Source of the DNA: Phoronis australis
Lineage: Eukaryota > Animalia > Phoronida
Assembly: GCA_002633005.1 (NCBI GenBank)
Contig: NMRA01000101.1
Location: 780,964-820,061 of the forward strand
DNA length: 39,098 nt
Reading direction: 5' to 3'
Shown: piece after piece, positions 24,972 through 37,305 of the stretch
How positions within the stretch are numbered: the first letter of the stretch is position 1
Layout: the number at the start of each line of letters is the position of its first letter
Program-made: the position numbers and the translations under genes
The notes under the pieces: model-generated
What the model was told of the DNA's origin: nothing
The model's input: the letters and a program-made list of their open reading frames with translations, nothing else
Database searches by the model: none

Positions 24972-26489
24972 TAAAGTATGCTTTTGAGTAGCGTTTTGTA
25001 TCTGGTTACTTTCTACTTCAGGATATAACAAAGCTAACAGAATGTGAAAAATCTGACTACAGAAATGGTTTACATTTGGACTATGAAGTGTGAAGAAGCT
25101 TACTCGAATTCTTCGGCCGCATAGCTTCACATTTTGTATTATCATCATTCCTGTCAAATTCTAGTTTAAGGAAGAACGTCTTACCTACAATGAACTTTGA
25201 AGCTCATGCGTCTAATATTATTAAGAGACACAATTTTGAACTCTTATGGGAATGTGGCAACAAGTGACAAAATTAGATTTGGGTTGAATCGGACGATTAG
25301 TATCCTCGAAAAATGACAAAATTTAGATTAAAGTGACTTTTTATACTTTATGTACTTATTAAAAGGTTGACATTACCAGGGCACAGCATCAGTTAGCACT
25401 CTGATGGGGGTGGCACACGTTAAATAGGTGAATGGTTTCCAAAGTGTGAAAACTGTCACTGGTGTGGCAGAAAAGGTTATACTCATTCAAAAGCATGCAT
25501 GTAAATAATATTAGTTTTTGGCTAAATTAGAAGTTAGAAGTGGAAAGCAAATACCACGCTAGAGTGCAACATGTATATGATGCTTCGATATTAATCAAAG
25601 TCATCCTCAGGTACATAATTGACAGAAAACAAGATATAGTAACAGAATGTTAGATTGATATTCAAGCGTTGTTCTCAAACATGCATGTACTATCGTTTCT
25701 TCGATGAAAACGTTTGGGCCAAATTTCATGAAATTTGACCAAATGAAATCTGGTTATAGAAATTGCCACCAGGAGGCCAGCAGTAGTCGAAGTATCTAAA
25801 CGCCGATTGATTTGATCCCCATAGAAACATAATTGAAAAAATTAATGAAACCCTTTTTGTGGTTTTTGAGATAGAGTTGCATACTGTCCGTAGTCAGACA
25901 CCGTAAAATGCGCGATGGTATGTCTTTCTATCGGCTGTAGCCTGAAAATAAACAAAAAACACTGTCTTTCAGTTTTTTATTTTCTTAGTCAGACTGCAAA
26001 CTGATGTAAAATACCATTGGAAATCACCAGCAGCCCCCGCGCAAAGTGGCACCCATACAAATATAGCTAAAATTCATATACACAAGTTGGGCAAAATTTA
26101 TCGAACTTTGAACTTCAATGAAGGTTAAAGGAAACCCCTTTGAAAAGTCTAATAGAGAGGTTCAATGTCTACATAAAAATTATAAAGACGTATTCTTTAC
26201 TGTTCTTTTAAACAACTCCTCTAACTGAACCTTTTTGAACCAAAAATGGGATATTTTGGGTCAAAATATTCATGATGCTCTAACTTAAAAAATTATGGCC
26301 CAAAAATTCCAGACAAACTTTTGAACATATTCCAACAGGATGTATGCACACACAATTTTCAATGTCCGATTCGCTGACCCTAGAATCGACCTTTTGATTG
26401 TTTCGTGGAATGACAGTTATCTCACTTTCACCAGGCTTGCCCTGTGTCAGAAGGAAATGTTTGGAAAACAAAATGTAAACGAATACTAG

Positions 26490-26554
26490 TTCCTGGAAAG
26501 GAAATGGTAACGACTGAAATAAATAGTAATAACATACACTGCGTCCAATATAAA
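26490..26554 (+). promoter_or_regulatory. Proximal promoter of copy 3 (TTCCTGGAA, TATA box)
   Basis: TTCCTGGAA 26490-26498; TATAAA 26549-26554, 46 bp before the ATG at 26595. Confidence 0.65.
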
Positions 26555-26594
26555 TAGCGAGTTTTCTAAACAACATGTTAGACTTTGCTCCAAG

Positions 26595-29133
26595 ATGAGG
26601 TGTCCAGTTCTCGTAGCATGGTTCTTGGCGTCTTTTATTGTCGTATATGCAGAAAAAGGTGACACGTGTTTGTACGGTAAGCTGTGGTTGGTAAAGTGTA
26701 TCAAGAGAATTGTTTTCGCCATCAAAGCGTGCACGTTGTGAATTTTCCCACGTAGATCTAAAATGTTAGCCGTCGATTGGCTTTAAAAATGCGTCAGTAG
26801 CAAGGCAAACGAATTCTCAATTCTCATATTTACTTGCGTTTTGATTTTCTCATCGGTGCTACATGCGGTCTTAATCAGACAGAAGTGTCACCTGTCTTGC
26901 ATTTTACCCGCACCAATTTCCATTATTTACGATTCATTTGACAGGCCTTAATTAAATAATTCCTTGTACAGGGGCGGAACCAGGAATTTCTAAAAGGAAG
27001 GTTGGATCAAGAATTTTTTAAAAATCAGGGTCCAAACCAACAATTTAAAAAAGTTCTAGATTTCATATCACTAAAATCAAGGGATACGCCTATGGTGTGT
27101 TGTAATTTAACAAGAAAAAATTAATGCTACCGGAAGTAATTTTTTCGTGAGTACATACAGATGAACTTTCAAACATGCAGAGTTTCAAAAACTCGAATTA
27201 AAAGGCAAGATTTTTTTTCTTACAGATAAACTTGAGGAAATGGAAGCACGGTTGCAAGTAAGTTCTCATTTTTTCGTGTGAAAAAGTGTTTTCAGTTGTA
27301 TCACACGAGCAAACATGATATACACTTGACCATCAAGGTATTTAAATTCCTCATTGCTTCGTATATTAGATCATGTTGTGTTTAAACTTATTAATAATTA
27401 ATTTAAAGAGCTATTGTTTACCTATAGTCATTCATGTCTTGTTATTATTTTCAGAAGGTAGAGTCTCGTGCCAGGTAGGTTTTCAACACACCTTTTCGTA
27501 TGCAACGTCCTAGAACAGTTTTGTCTAACCACATTCGTGTCACAAGTTGTCATAAACAAATCCTTCTGGCCCCTGGGCTTAAATATCTGTTTCTCGAAAA
27601 CCGATTCGAAAAACTAACGAATCCCGAAATTGCATCAGGCCGAAACGTCTGAAATGTCGGTGTGTCCGTAACAACTTCGTTACTCACTAGAATTAAAGGT
27701 GATTTTTCGAGCAACTCTCATATACATACAAAGGACATGCACCCGTGCGTGCTTCTAAAAACACTCCTGTGAAGTCAGAATACCCAAAATGCTATGGTCA
27801 CTAACAGAACTTATGTTCAGACCGACATTCATTTGAAATATAGGCATTTCAGGCTTTTGGAATAATAATTGGGATAAGTATCGCTTCTACGAACTGGTTT
27901 TTCGTAAGTTTGTTATAACTCTGAAGAAAATTTCGGACTAAACAACTTGAACCGTTATTGTCAACTAATGTATTTCTGTGATGTTGATCACACGTGTGAT
28001 ATTACAAATATCAACAATATTTTAGGAATTGGATTCACTTCTAAGTAGTCATGCCTTTTCTTTTAGGAACATCGAACATTATGACTGGAAAGCCTTAAAC
28101 CTCAACACTGATCAAGGACAAATCAAGGTTAACGTTTTATTTTTTCCTCGTGGTGAATTGCAAAATTTTCTATTGAAGCTAATGTTTCAGTCACATCATG
28201 ATCTACTATTTTTTCTATAAAATTATAAAATGGCACTTGCAGGAGGTGAAATTTTTCAAGAAGAGGATCAACTCCACCTTGAAAGTAACGTGGAACGGAA
28301 ACTTGAGACAGCTTACGTCTGCCGGTCGAGGTTGCTGCCGGTGGTTTTTCAAAATCAACAACGAAGAATGTAAAAACCCAACAACAATTGATGCAGTGAT
28401 TTACAAAGACAAACCATTGAATTTGCATGAACACGTTGCCAGTAAGTACCGTGAATTCTCATTTCTCGAATTCTCTTATCCTCTTGAAAGGGCTTGAAAA
28501 CGTTTTGCATATTTAATTTATATTTGAAATGAGAGAAAACTTACACACAAACCAATTTTCATGTAAAACACTTACTGATAAACACGACAACGGTGGGACG
28601 AGTGCTTTCCTGAGTGGCGGTAGAAACCGATATGGAATTATAGTATCTCGTGAGGTGAATATATGTATTGGCCCACAGCACATTCTTGTTGAATTTCTCA
28701 TTATGTCATGTTTTTGGTGATTCTATCTTATTAATATCGACATAAGTAGTTGTAGTAATTGTTTTATGTGTTTATTACTTATTTTTGTCTCTACTGTCGC
28801 AAACCAGGGGCGAACTGACCATACAGGCTGAGTATCCTTCAACTGGAATATGTGCTCCTATAGCAAAAAAGTAATTCTGATTTTAGGATAAAATAAATTT
28901 AAGTCAAGTATGCAGTCAAAATCTATATCAAAGTATTTGATTTGTGGTTGAACTAGAACAAGTAGTATAAAAAGACCATTCTTTCTTTTGCAGTCGACGG
29001 AATGTGTAAAGTGGCACTGGCTGGCACCATACCCGTGAGTTTCAATGTTGGCAAGTGTCCTGGGAACTTCGGCATTTCAAACTGCTACACGTGCTGGAAT
29101 AGCGCCTGTCACGTCATCATTGAAGAAATATGA
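26595..29133 (+). CDS. CTHRC1: Collagen-less CTHRC1-like secreted protein, copy 3 (complete, 6 exons, 177 aa)
   Basis: Exons 26595-26676, 27226-27257, 27455-27474, 28067-28127, 28243-28441, 28994-29133, all GT-AG with the same phases as copy 2. Product: MRCPVLVAWFLASFIVVYAEKGDTCLYDKLEEMEARLQKVESRARNIEHYDWKALNLNTDQGQIKEVKFFKKRINSTLKVTWNGNLRQLTSAGRGCCRWFFKINNEECKNPTTIDAVIYKDKPLNLHEHVAIDGMCKVALAGTIPVSFNVGKCPGNFGISNCYTCWNSACHVIIEEI. AATAAA at 29263. Family-level call. Confidence 0.92.
26969..27094. mobile_element. Short hAT-like MITE relic in intron 1 of copy 3
   Basis: CAGGGGCGGAAC...GATACGCCTATG imperfect TIRs; absent from intron 1 of copies 1 and 2. Confidence 0.5.
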
Positions 29134-29729
29134 ATCAATGAACACTTCTACTAACACCTAAAATAGTGTAGCTTGATACATGTCCTTCTGAAATTCATCT
29201 GGAGATTGGTTAGTATCAAATCCACAAACTGCGATTAAAGGACTCTGTGCATATTGTTCACAAATAAAGAAGACACACTGATGTCGCACTTTTTTGCTTG
29301 TGTGACTCTTCCATAGTTGATGGATAATAGCCTATTATGTTTAATTAGGATTAGAGGTTTTTGGAGGTCTGGCATGTGCTGATAAGTTTTCAGTTACACA
29401 AAGGTTATTATGGGATCACCTTCTAGGGTGGAAGACTTTGTGTTATCCTGACTTCAAATCGGTCACTGCTGCCCCTGCTAAGGAGAGTTCATCTCTCCTT
29501 ATTTCTTCAAAATGTGTGCTGAGATGTTTCGCAGAAATAAAATTAACGTGGGTATAAATACAGGCTAATTGCATTAATCTAAAATTTTGTAGTATGCTGA
29601 TGCAGTAGTCTTTTGTCTGGATGGTTCTAACTAATCACAAAAAGAGTGTATGAGTTCATTGGACCTGTTTCACTTGGGAAATGTATATGGATTGGTTCAG
29701 TGAAATTCAGCGAATTACGCTTGTGTCCA

Positions 29730-29895
29730 GCCTCCTGTTCAGTAACGCTAGGACCTCGCTAAACAGCAAGACTTCGTGAGATTACGTGAGATATTGCCGT
29801 GCATTTAAAATGAGAACACGTGACTTTGACTAGGTTTTAGCTAGGTCCTAGCGTAGGTCCTAGCGTAGGTCCTAGCGTCTACTGAACGCACGCCA
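29730..29895. mobile_element. Small MITE nested in the LINE, with a 12-bp tandem repeat
   Basis: GTTCAGTAACGCTAGGACCT is the near reverse complement of AGGTCCTAGCGTCTACTGAAC; (TAGGTCCTAGCG)x3 at about 29842-29878. Confidence 0.7.
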
Positions 29896-30478
29896 GGATT
29901 CAATCTCTCATGGCATAGAGATTTGTTTATAACGTTGGTATCAGCTATCTTATTAACTTAAGAGAAATGTTAACTAATTATGACGATAAAATTCAAAAGA
30001 TCAGGGCGACTTGAACTAATTTGTCCAAAAGGCCTCTAACGCCTCTTAGCAAATAAACAGTTATTAAATTATTTGATCTGCCATCTTCTGACAACATTGG
30101 CTTCACCGCCAGACGACATAATTGAATTGTTAGACAAACTGTTTTATAGTCTCATTTGTCAAAATAGACCTGACAAAAAATCAAGAGAACCATCATAATT
30201 CACGATTTTTCGTTGGGAGGGTGCTAAATGATATACTTGAAGTAATTCATCAAATCCCTTGCTTGATAAGATCTAAGAGGTGATGGAGCCTGGAATAAAT
30301 TGTTAATTTCAACAAATCGGTTACTTTCTCGTAGCTGGTTTCATTTTAATAAGGCGTTCTCTAGTTTTTTCAAGATGTTGAAAAACTGATTGACATTTTT
30401 ACTTTTGACGAGACAATGAGACTCTTTGACCCAATTTGGTTTAATTGCAAAATTCTCAGTTTCAGGAAGTACTATTTA

Positions 30479-31552
30479 TGTTCGGAATATGTCCCGAAAA
30501 TAATAGGTGGGTCGCAAGCTCCGTTTCCAGAGATACAAAGGAGACCGTGTATAGGCGCGAAGGTCATTTATTATGACTAATAAGGTACAGAAATATGAGT
30601 GTACAAATAACATAAAGATGAAATAATAATCTCTGGAAAGATGGGCAATAAAAAGGGCCAGCACTTAGGTAAGAGGAACTACCCAAAAGAGAGGGTGGTA
30701 GAGGGTGGGAAAAAATGAAGAGAGATTAGACTCGAACCTAAGTGCTGCTAAAGCAAAGTACTGATGGCAGGAAATATAACTTTACTGAGAACAAAGGAGC
30801 CCAATGACACGTGACAATCATCAGTCCATGGGAACCAGGAGCTGACCAAATTCGTGGCAGTAACACAAACGAACCAATAGTGAGGCTGGAAATGGAATGT
30901 CCTAGTGCCTCGAGTGCAGAAGGACCGCATGCGAATCTACACAAGGGGTTAATGGACCAATCCGAAAGATGGGGTATAAGTGGGACGAGTCCATATTCTC
31001 ACATAAATATATTTTAACGAGTGAAATACCATTTATGTTCGGAATATGTCCCGAAAATAATAGGTGCGTCGCAAGCTCCGTTTCCAGAGATACAAAGGAG
31101 ACCGTGTATAGGCGACATAAGGTCATTTATTATGACTAATAAGGTACAGAAATATCAGTGTACAAATAACATAAAGATAAAGTAATAATCTCTAGAAAGA
31201 TGGGCAATAAAAAGCGCCACGAGAGATGTTGAAGACAGCTCAAGACCATCCGCAGGGATGCACCAAAAGAAAGGAGGGAAAGGAGGTATTGTGTAGATTC
31301 GCATACTTACAGAGGCTGGCAGCCGGATACCCAACCCTAACTCCATCAGCTTATGGGAGCCAGGAGCTGACCAAATTCGTGGCAGTAACACAAACGAACC
31401 AATAGTTGGAAATGGAATGTCCTAGTGCCTCGAGTGCAGGAGGACCGCATGCGAATCTGCACAAGGGGTTAATGGACCAGTCCGAAAGATGGGGGGTATA
31501 AGTGGGACGAGTCCATATTCTCACATAAATATATTTAACGAGCGAAATATCA
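30479..31552. repeat. Two tandem TG...CA-bounded units (553 and 517 bp), solo-LTR-like, inserted in the LINE
   Basis: Units 30479-31031 and 31036-31552; TTTA before and between them, TTTT after. Outer parts nearly identical, central part highly divergent. Confidence 0.8.
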
Positions 31553-33178
31553 TTTTGTGAGAGTTGGTATGGCAATGTTGTTGTATACAGTTATGATCTG
31601 CTGGATTTGAATAGAAATTTCATGTCTCACGAGTACTTTTGTAATCATTATTGATTTCTCTACCATTCACAGCATTCATGGGCGTGAGGTTTGTTGTCGG
31701 TAATTTTCTTAAAAATGTGGATTCGTCCAAAATTATTCTTCCTGTCCTCCCAAAGTTTATTGCCACTTCACTTTATATACTGAAAAGTGAGATTCATAAC
31801 TAGTTTGTTATTTGTTTGTACATCAAACCATATATTATAGACAACTATAGTCTATGGTCAAACAATAATTCGAAGTAAATGCGGAGGATTATTTGAATGT
31901 GGTACTTTCATGTGGATCATGGGGAAATGCCCACGTTTTCAATTCTTCGTTCACTAGTGACACCAATCTCAAATGGCTTCAGACTTACTCACAGAACCCT
32001 CAGGACAAACTGGTTCCTGTGTAAATAGCCATGGTAAATTCACTGACATTTTGGAAAAGAATCTGATAAGCTTTGCCATGTTTTTGGGACTGTGCGATTG
32101 TGCAGAATTTTGAAGGCCAGTGAACAATTGGGTAACAACAAAACAAAGTCTGATCGCTCTTAGTTTAAGCTTGGTTGATGTTATCTAAGTGATTCGAGCC
32201 AGACCATGCCACTAATCTTATTATTTGTTTAGGAAAACGTCATACACAAAGAGCTACATTAAATTCCAGACACCCTTGTTTTGCAATGGTTGTAAATGAA
32301 TTTCATGTGTGTTATAACATAGAAAAGGTAATTTGCCACAGGGAATTGAATTTTGAGATAGTTAGAAAAGGGTGGATCCCCTGTAGAAGGACTTCTTGTG
32401 TGATATTGTGATGATTATTCATTTGGTTATATTTGACACCAGTGTGAAATGAATGTGGATGTTTCTATATAAAAACGCTTTCGTGTCTGCTTCATGCATT
32501 AGTTAATGCATATTATATGCTTATGTCTGCACGGATGTGAATGCAATAAACTTATCAAAAAAGTTTCTCCTAGAAAGATATTTTTAGTAGTCTAATTCTA
32601 CGAGTTCAGTACACTTGCTATGATTTGCATAAATATAAACGAATACATTCTGGGTTGAGCAGACTTTTAGTTGTTGTAGTTTTCAGTTTCCTCCCCAAAC
32701 TTTTGAGGGTTGTGATTTGTATCGTTTCTATTGTAATACATTGTGGTTACGTTTTACACATGCACCCCTCATGGTCAAAAATTTAATAGAAAGCCCGCAC
32801 GCATCGTCAACTTCTCCTGGGTAGATGGTGTGTTCAGGCACACATCCTTCACACCCCTTCCACTACAGTTAATATTCCCATTGTAATGATATCTTTCAGC
32901 AAATCAGACTCTGGGAAGACTACCACTAAATGTCACCAATGGTGAATAGATTCAATACAAGACGTGTCCCAAACAAGATTGGATGCAACTGAACTCCGTA
33001 CGTCGGTCTTATTTGTCAATGAGTTAAATCCTGATTTTATAAACTAGTGCATTCAGTTTTGCTTCAAGGTAACCCGAATATAACACAGTAACTCAGGCGT
33101 CAAATCATAGTTTTGGTAAATAACGCCTAGCTTTCGTGAAACCGTTGATGCTGTAGCACATTGACAATGACTTACGTA

Positions 33179-33345
33179 CAGTGGCGGATCTAGGATATTA
33201 TAAGGGGGCCCAACATTTTGTGTCGTAAACAATCGCGCAAAGCACGATTGTAGAGGCGCGCAGCGCCGAATGGGACTTGAGGACGTCGGGATGGGGCTTT
33301 CCCCTCCCGCCCAGGAGGAAATTTTGTTTCTGCCTCTAATTTCTT
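33179..33345 (+). mobile_element. Fragment of a CAGTGGCGGATCT-terminus (hAT-like) element
   Basis: GC-rich insert beginning CAGTGGCGGATCTAGG, absent at the homologous position (about 23417) of the preceding unit. Confidence 0.5.
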
Positions 33346-33544
33346 GCATATAACTATTATGAATCTTCTATGTAGGCCTATTTCAATCTGAAGTCCCTAT
33401 TCAGTTGACCTTGCACTCTGCTAAAATACTGTCGAAGTTGTTTTAAAATCTTTTTTGGTTTGGAAGTCAAGTTTTTTTCTATGTATGATTATGTGTCAAC
33501 GGGACATATATCTATATATTTTTCTAAATTTGATGCATATAAAT

Positions 33545-36093
33545 TGGGATTGGTCTAAAAACCCCTCGACCCCCACACCCCACNNNNNNNNNNNNNNNNN
33601 NNNNNNNNNNNNNNNNNNNNNNNNNNNNNNNNNNNNNNNNNNNNNNNNNNNNNNNNNNNNNCCCACACCCCACGATCCCCTCGACCAACGACCCCCTCGA
33701 CCCACGATCCCCTCGACCCACGAACCACGATCCCCTAGACCCACGGCCCACAACCCCCTCGACCCAGTCTACACATCTATTTTTAGTGATATCGAAACGT
33801 CGTGGCGGCCATCTTGGAAGTGACCCGTTTCCGATAGTCAGATTTTGGTAGACTTTTTTCATGTTCATAAGTATACCCAGCAGAGCATAAAACCACTCTA
33901 AAATCTTTTGTTGCAATTTGTTGTGGGTCATAAATTGGCTCGTTCAGTAAACGAATATACAACAGAAAACAATAATAAAAATGTGAAATTATATCCATTC
34001 ACGTTAACGTACTTTCTCCCTATAAGTTTAGAACACGGCCATCATGGTAGCCGCTCGAGGGACTACTTCCGTGACAACGATAGCATCACCTATCGCCAAG
34101 CTTATGACTGACGGGTTAAGCAATCAATCAGAACGCAGCATTCTCAACAAACCTTCGTCTGCGTTTCCAAGCCGCCATTTTACTCGACAAATAATGTCGT
34201 TGTCGGTAAAGCTTATTTTAGTCTATAGATAAAAAAATGTGTGATACAAATGACGAAACGGTTTTGATAAGGCGTGTGTAGTTCTGACTGCCGTTATACA
34301 GCTAGAGAAGAATATCCCGTCATTTTTGGGCATTCCCTAAGCCGAAAACTGTCGACTGTGTAAACGATGGATCAAACTGTGAACGGCCACACGACACACG
34401 AGCAGCTAAACTTAACAATGTTGTTGGATTACTCTAAGGTTAAACACAAATGTATTTTTTCCAAGATACGTACTTTTCAGTTTGGTGGCTACACTGTAGG
34501 CCTACCTGATTTTGACTCCGGAGTTTCACTCGTGTGGGGGCCTCTGTTTCGGCATCCCAGCTGGATCCCAGCATAAGACTAGCAGCAGTCCCCGGAAAGT
34601 TGTTTTTAAGGACATTTTTATTATTTTTTTATTTCGACCTATAATGGACATCGTCCTGTTTAATAGCACAGGTACAGTTTTATTCATATACCCGTAGGCT
34701 GGAGTTCAACTGAACTTCTCATCAAAATTGATAGACTCGATCGGCACATGCTGGGAGGGCACTAAATTACTGAACTCAAAGCTTCGTTCGAGCTGTTGTC
34801 ACGAAAAAATAAACAGTTGGATTACTTTTTGATCAGAACGCCTGTAGAGTTAAGGAAAGCTCATTTTGTATTTGTGCAAACACGATACGTGGATTTATGA
34901 AGCTTTAAAAAACAATTTTAGTTATTTTTGTAAATGGACACTTTTTGCCACTACACCAGACTCGTCATCTTTTGTTACCATACCACAGTTTAGTGATCAA
35001 GCTACGTTTAAAATTAAATGCAAACTACCTTTATGCAATGAAACTACAAAAAATATGAAGCCTAACTTAACTGTCTTTATGGTGCACTGAATTACGGCCA
35101 ATTCCGTGCGTTAATTTGACTTTTGGACACAGCCCTAGACCTACCAGAGCTAACTGCTTGCCTAGGATGAGTATGTGCCTGAGCTACCGACCTGATTTTT
35201 TAATCCAAATATTTCGCTCGAAGATCAGAAAAGTTTTAACAGTGCTAGCGACTAGACCTACTTTACTTGGAGAATACAATCAGTTGTGATCTACTTTTCA
35301 TTTGGCGGAATTTAGCAGACGGCAGAATAAATATATCGGCGAATCTTCTTTGATTTTGTTCGAAATATCCTGAAATCTGTGTCATCGTACAGATAATTTG
35401 ACTTTAAGGTAAATACCCAGCTTTACATAAACATATCGAATCAGTGCCCTTGTCAGTTTTCAAGTGAAGGTGAACCCCGTGTGGAGTTCTTTGGATTTTC
35501 GCTGGCTCCGAAATACTTTTGCTCGAACACTTTTTTCATTGTCGCAGCTTTACAAATTACCAAGTCACGAATCTACGATTCTAAGCTGAAAAGTGCCATC
35601 TGATGTCTTTGTCAAAGCGTTTTTGGAAAGTGCAAAAAACGCTCATCAATTCCACCAGGGACGTCGTTTAGCGACTGTGTATTTGCCTCTGACATCTTGC
35701 TTGTTTGTCGGGTGTCACGTGACTTTTTGCAAGGAGGCAGAGTTTGCGATAGGTCAATTCGCTAGTTAGGGTCATGTTCTTACGCCACTTTCTATTTGAA
35801 CCACCAGACTTAAGCCACAGTAGATTCGCTTCTAGGCAAGTCTTATGGGAAAATCATTCAGCGACTTAATACGATTATGAAATGTATAAAAATCGCAAGG
35901 ATACAACGGATTACCACAGGTCGTGGGTCGCGGGTTGTGGGTCGTGGGGGTTGTGGATCNNNNNNNNNNNNNNNNNNNNNNNNNNNNNNNNNNNNNNNNN
36001 NNNNNNNNNNNNNNNNNNNNNNNNNNNNNNNNNNNNNNNNNNNNNNNNNNGGTCGTGGGGTGTCGGGGTCGAGGGGGCTTTTGAACAATCCCA
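33545..36093. mobile_element. Paralogous copy of the GC-repeat TIR element, containing a nested segment and two assembly gaps
   Basis: Same TGGGATTG...CAATCCCA termini as 24144-24971, flanked by TAAAT on both sides; N runs 33584-33661 and 35960-36050 fall within the GC-rich repeats. Confidence 0.75.
34088..35754. mobile_element. Nested 1.67-kb segment with short inverted ends
   Basis: ACCTATCGC...GCGATAGGT ends; missing from the paralogous element (about 24740-24750). Confidence 0.5.
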
Positions 36094-37195
36094 TAAATCA
36101 TGCTTTTGAGTCGCGTTTTGCATCTAGTTACTTTCTACTTCAAGATATATCAAAGCTAACAAAATGCGTAGACTTAGCTTAACATTTTATATTATGCCTG
36201 TCAAATTGTAGTTAATTAAGGAGGAACGCCTTAGCTCAGTACAGCATCTGGCGGGGGTGGCACATGTTAAGCATGTGAACGGTTGCTAAATGACTGTCAC
36301 TGGTGTGACAGCGCAGGTTAGACTCATTCGAAAACACGCATGTAAATAATATCAGTTTTTGGGCAAGAAGTCAAAAACCAATCTAGAGTGCAAGATGTAA
36401 ACGACGGAAACGTTTTGGGCAAATTTCACCAAATAAATCTAGTTATAGAAACTGCCACCAGGGGCCATCACTAGTCCAAGTATCTAAAAATTGACATCGA
36501 CTGATTTGATCACCATAGAAACATGTTTGCAAAAATTAATGAAGCCCTTTTATGAGGTTTATGAGATAGAGTTGCATACTGCAGGTAGTCAGGTATTGTA
36601 AAATGCGCGATGGCATATCTTTTCTATCGGCTGTGCTTGAAAAAAAAACAAAAACACATTTTTAAGTTTTATTTTCTTAATCAAACCGCAAAGTGATGAA
36701 AAAACATTGGAAATCACCAACACCCCACAAACCGGTCCCCAGAGCACCTCAGAAATGGCTAAAAAATCAAATACACAAAATTAGGCAAAATTTACCGAAT
36801 TTTGGACTCCAGTGGAAGTTAATGCAAAACACTTCTCTTCTGATAGAGGGGTTCAATGTCTACACAAATAAAGATTTGTTCTTTCCCGTTCTTTTAAGTC
36901 GATTTAATACAAAATCTCTAACTGAACCTTTTTGAACCAAAAATGGGGATATTTTGGGCCAAAATATTTATGATGCTATAGACTTAGAAAAGAATGCCCC
37001 AAAAAAATTTTCAAATAAACATTTTGAACATATCCTATCACGATTGATCAACACACAATTTTTGTCATGAACTGAGTCGGTGACCTTGAGTCGTCCTTTT
37101 GATGCCCTTGTGGAATGACAGTTGTCACTGACTCACCAGGCTTGCCCTGTGTCAGAAGGCAATATTTGGAAAACAAATTGTAAACAGATTCTAAG

Positions 37196-37265
37196 TTCCT
37201 GGAAAGGAAAGGGTCCCAGCTGGCATAAATACCGTAGTAATAACATACACTGCATCCAGTATAAA
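37196..37265 (+). promoter_or_regulatory. Proximal promoter of copy 4 (TTCCTGGAA, TATA box)
   Basis: TTCCTGGAA 37196-37204; TATAAA 37260-37265, 46 bp before the ATG at 37306. Confidence 0.65.
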
Positions 37266-37305
37266 TAGCGAGTTTTCTAAACAACAGGTTAGATTTTGCT
37301 CCAAG

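Larger units (their letters stand above)
29190..32562 (+). mobile_element. Decayed 5'-truncated L1/Tx1-type LINE (ORF2 RT, C-terminal zinc knuckle, 3' tail) with nested insertions
   Basis: Frameshifted remnants in the expected order: ISPYF..CAEM (about 29490), YAD and LDGS (about 29590-29625), CIWIGS, NYDDKIQKI, SKRPLTPL, SPPDDIIELLDKLF, RPDK, SLGG (about 30020-30230), YDLLD (about 31590), SDTNLKWLQ, HVFWDC (about 32080); AATAAA plus A-rich tail at about 32545-32562. Left boundary approximate. Confidence 0.8.

Noticed and set aside
30479-31552. CRISPR-like repeat-spacer array
   Set aside because: Eukaryotic context, only two units of over 500 bp, cores share residual homology, and no cas-like genes.
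33455-36182. Pro/Arg/Gly-rich ORFs containing X runs
   Set aside because: Read through GC-rich repeats and assembly gaps.
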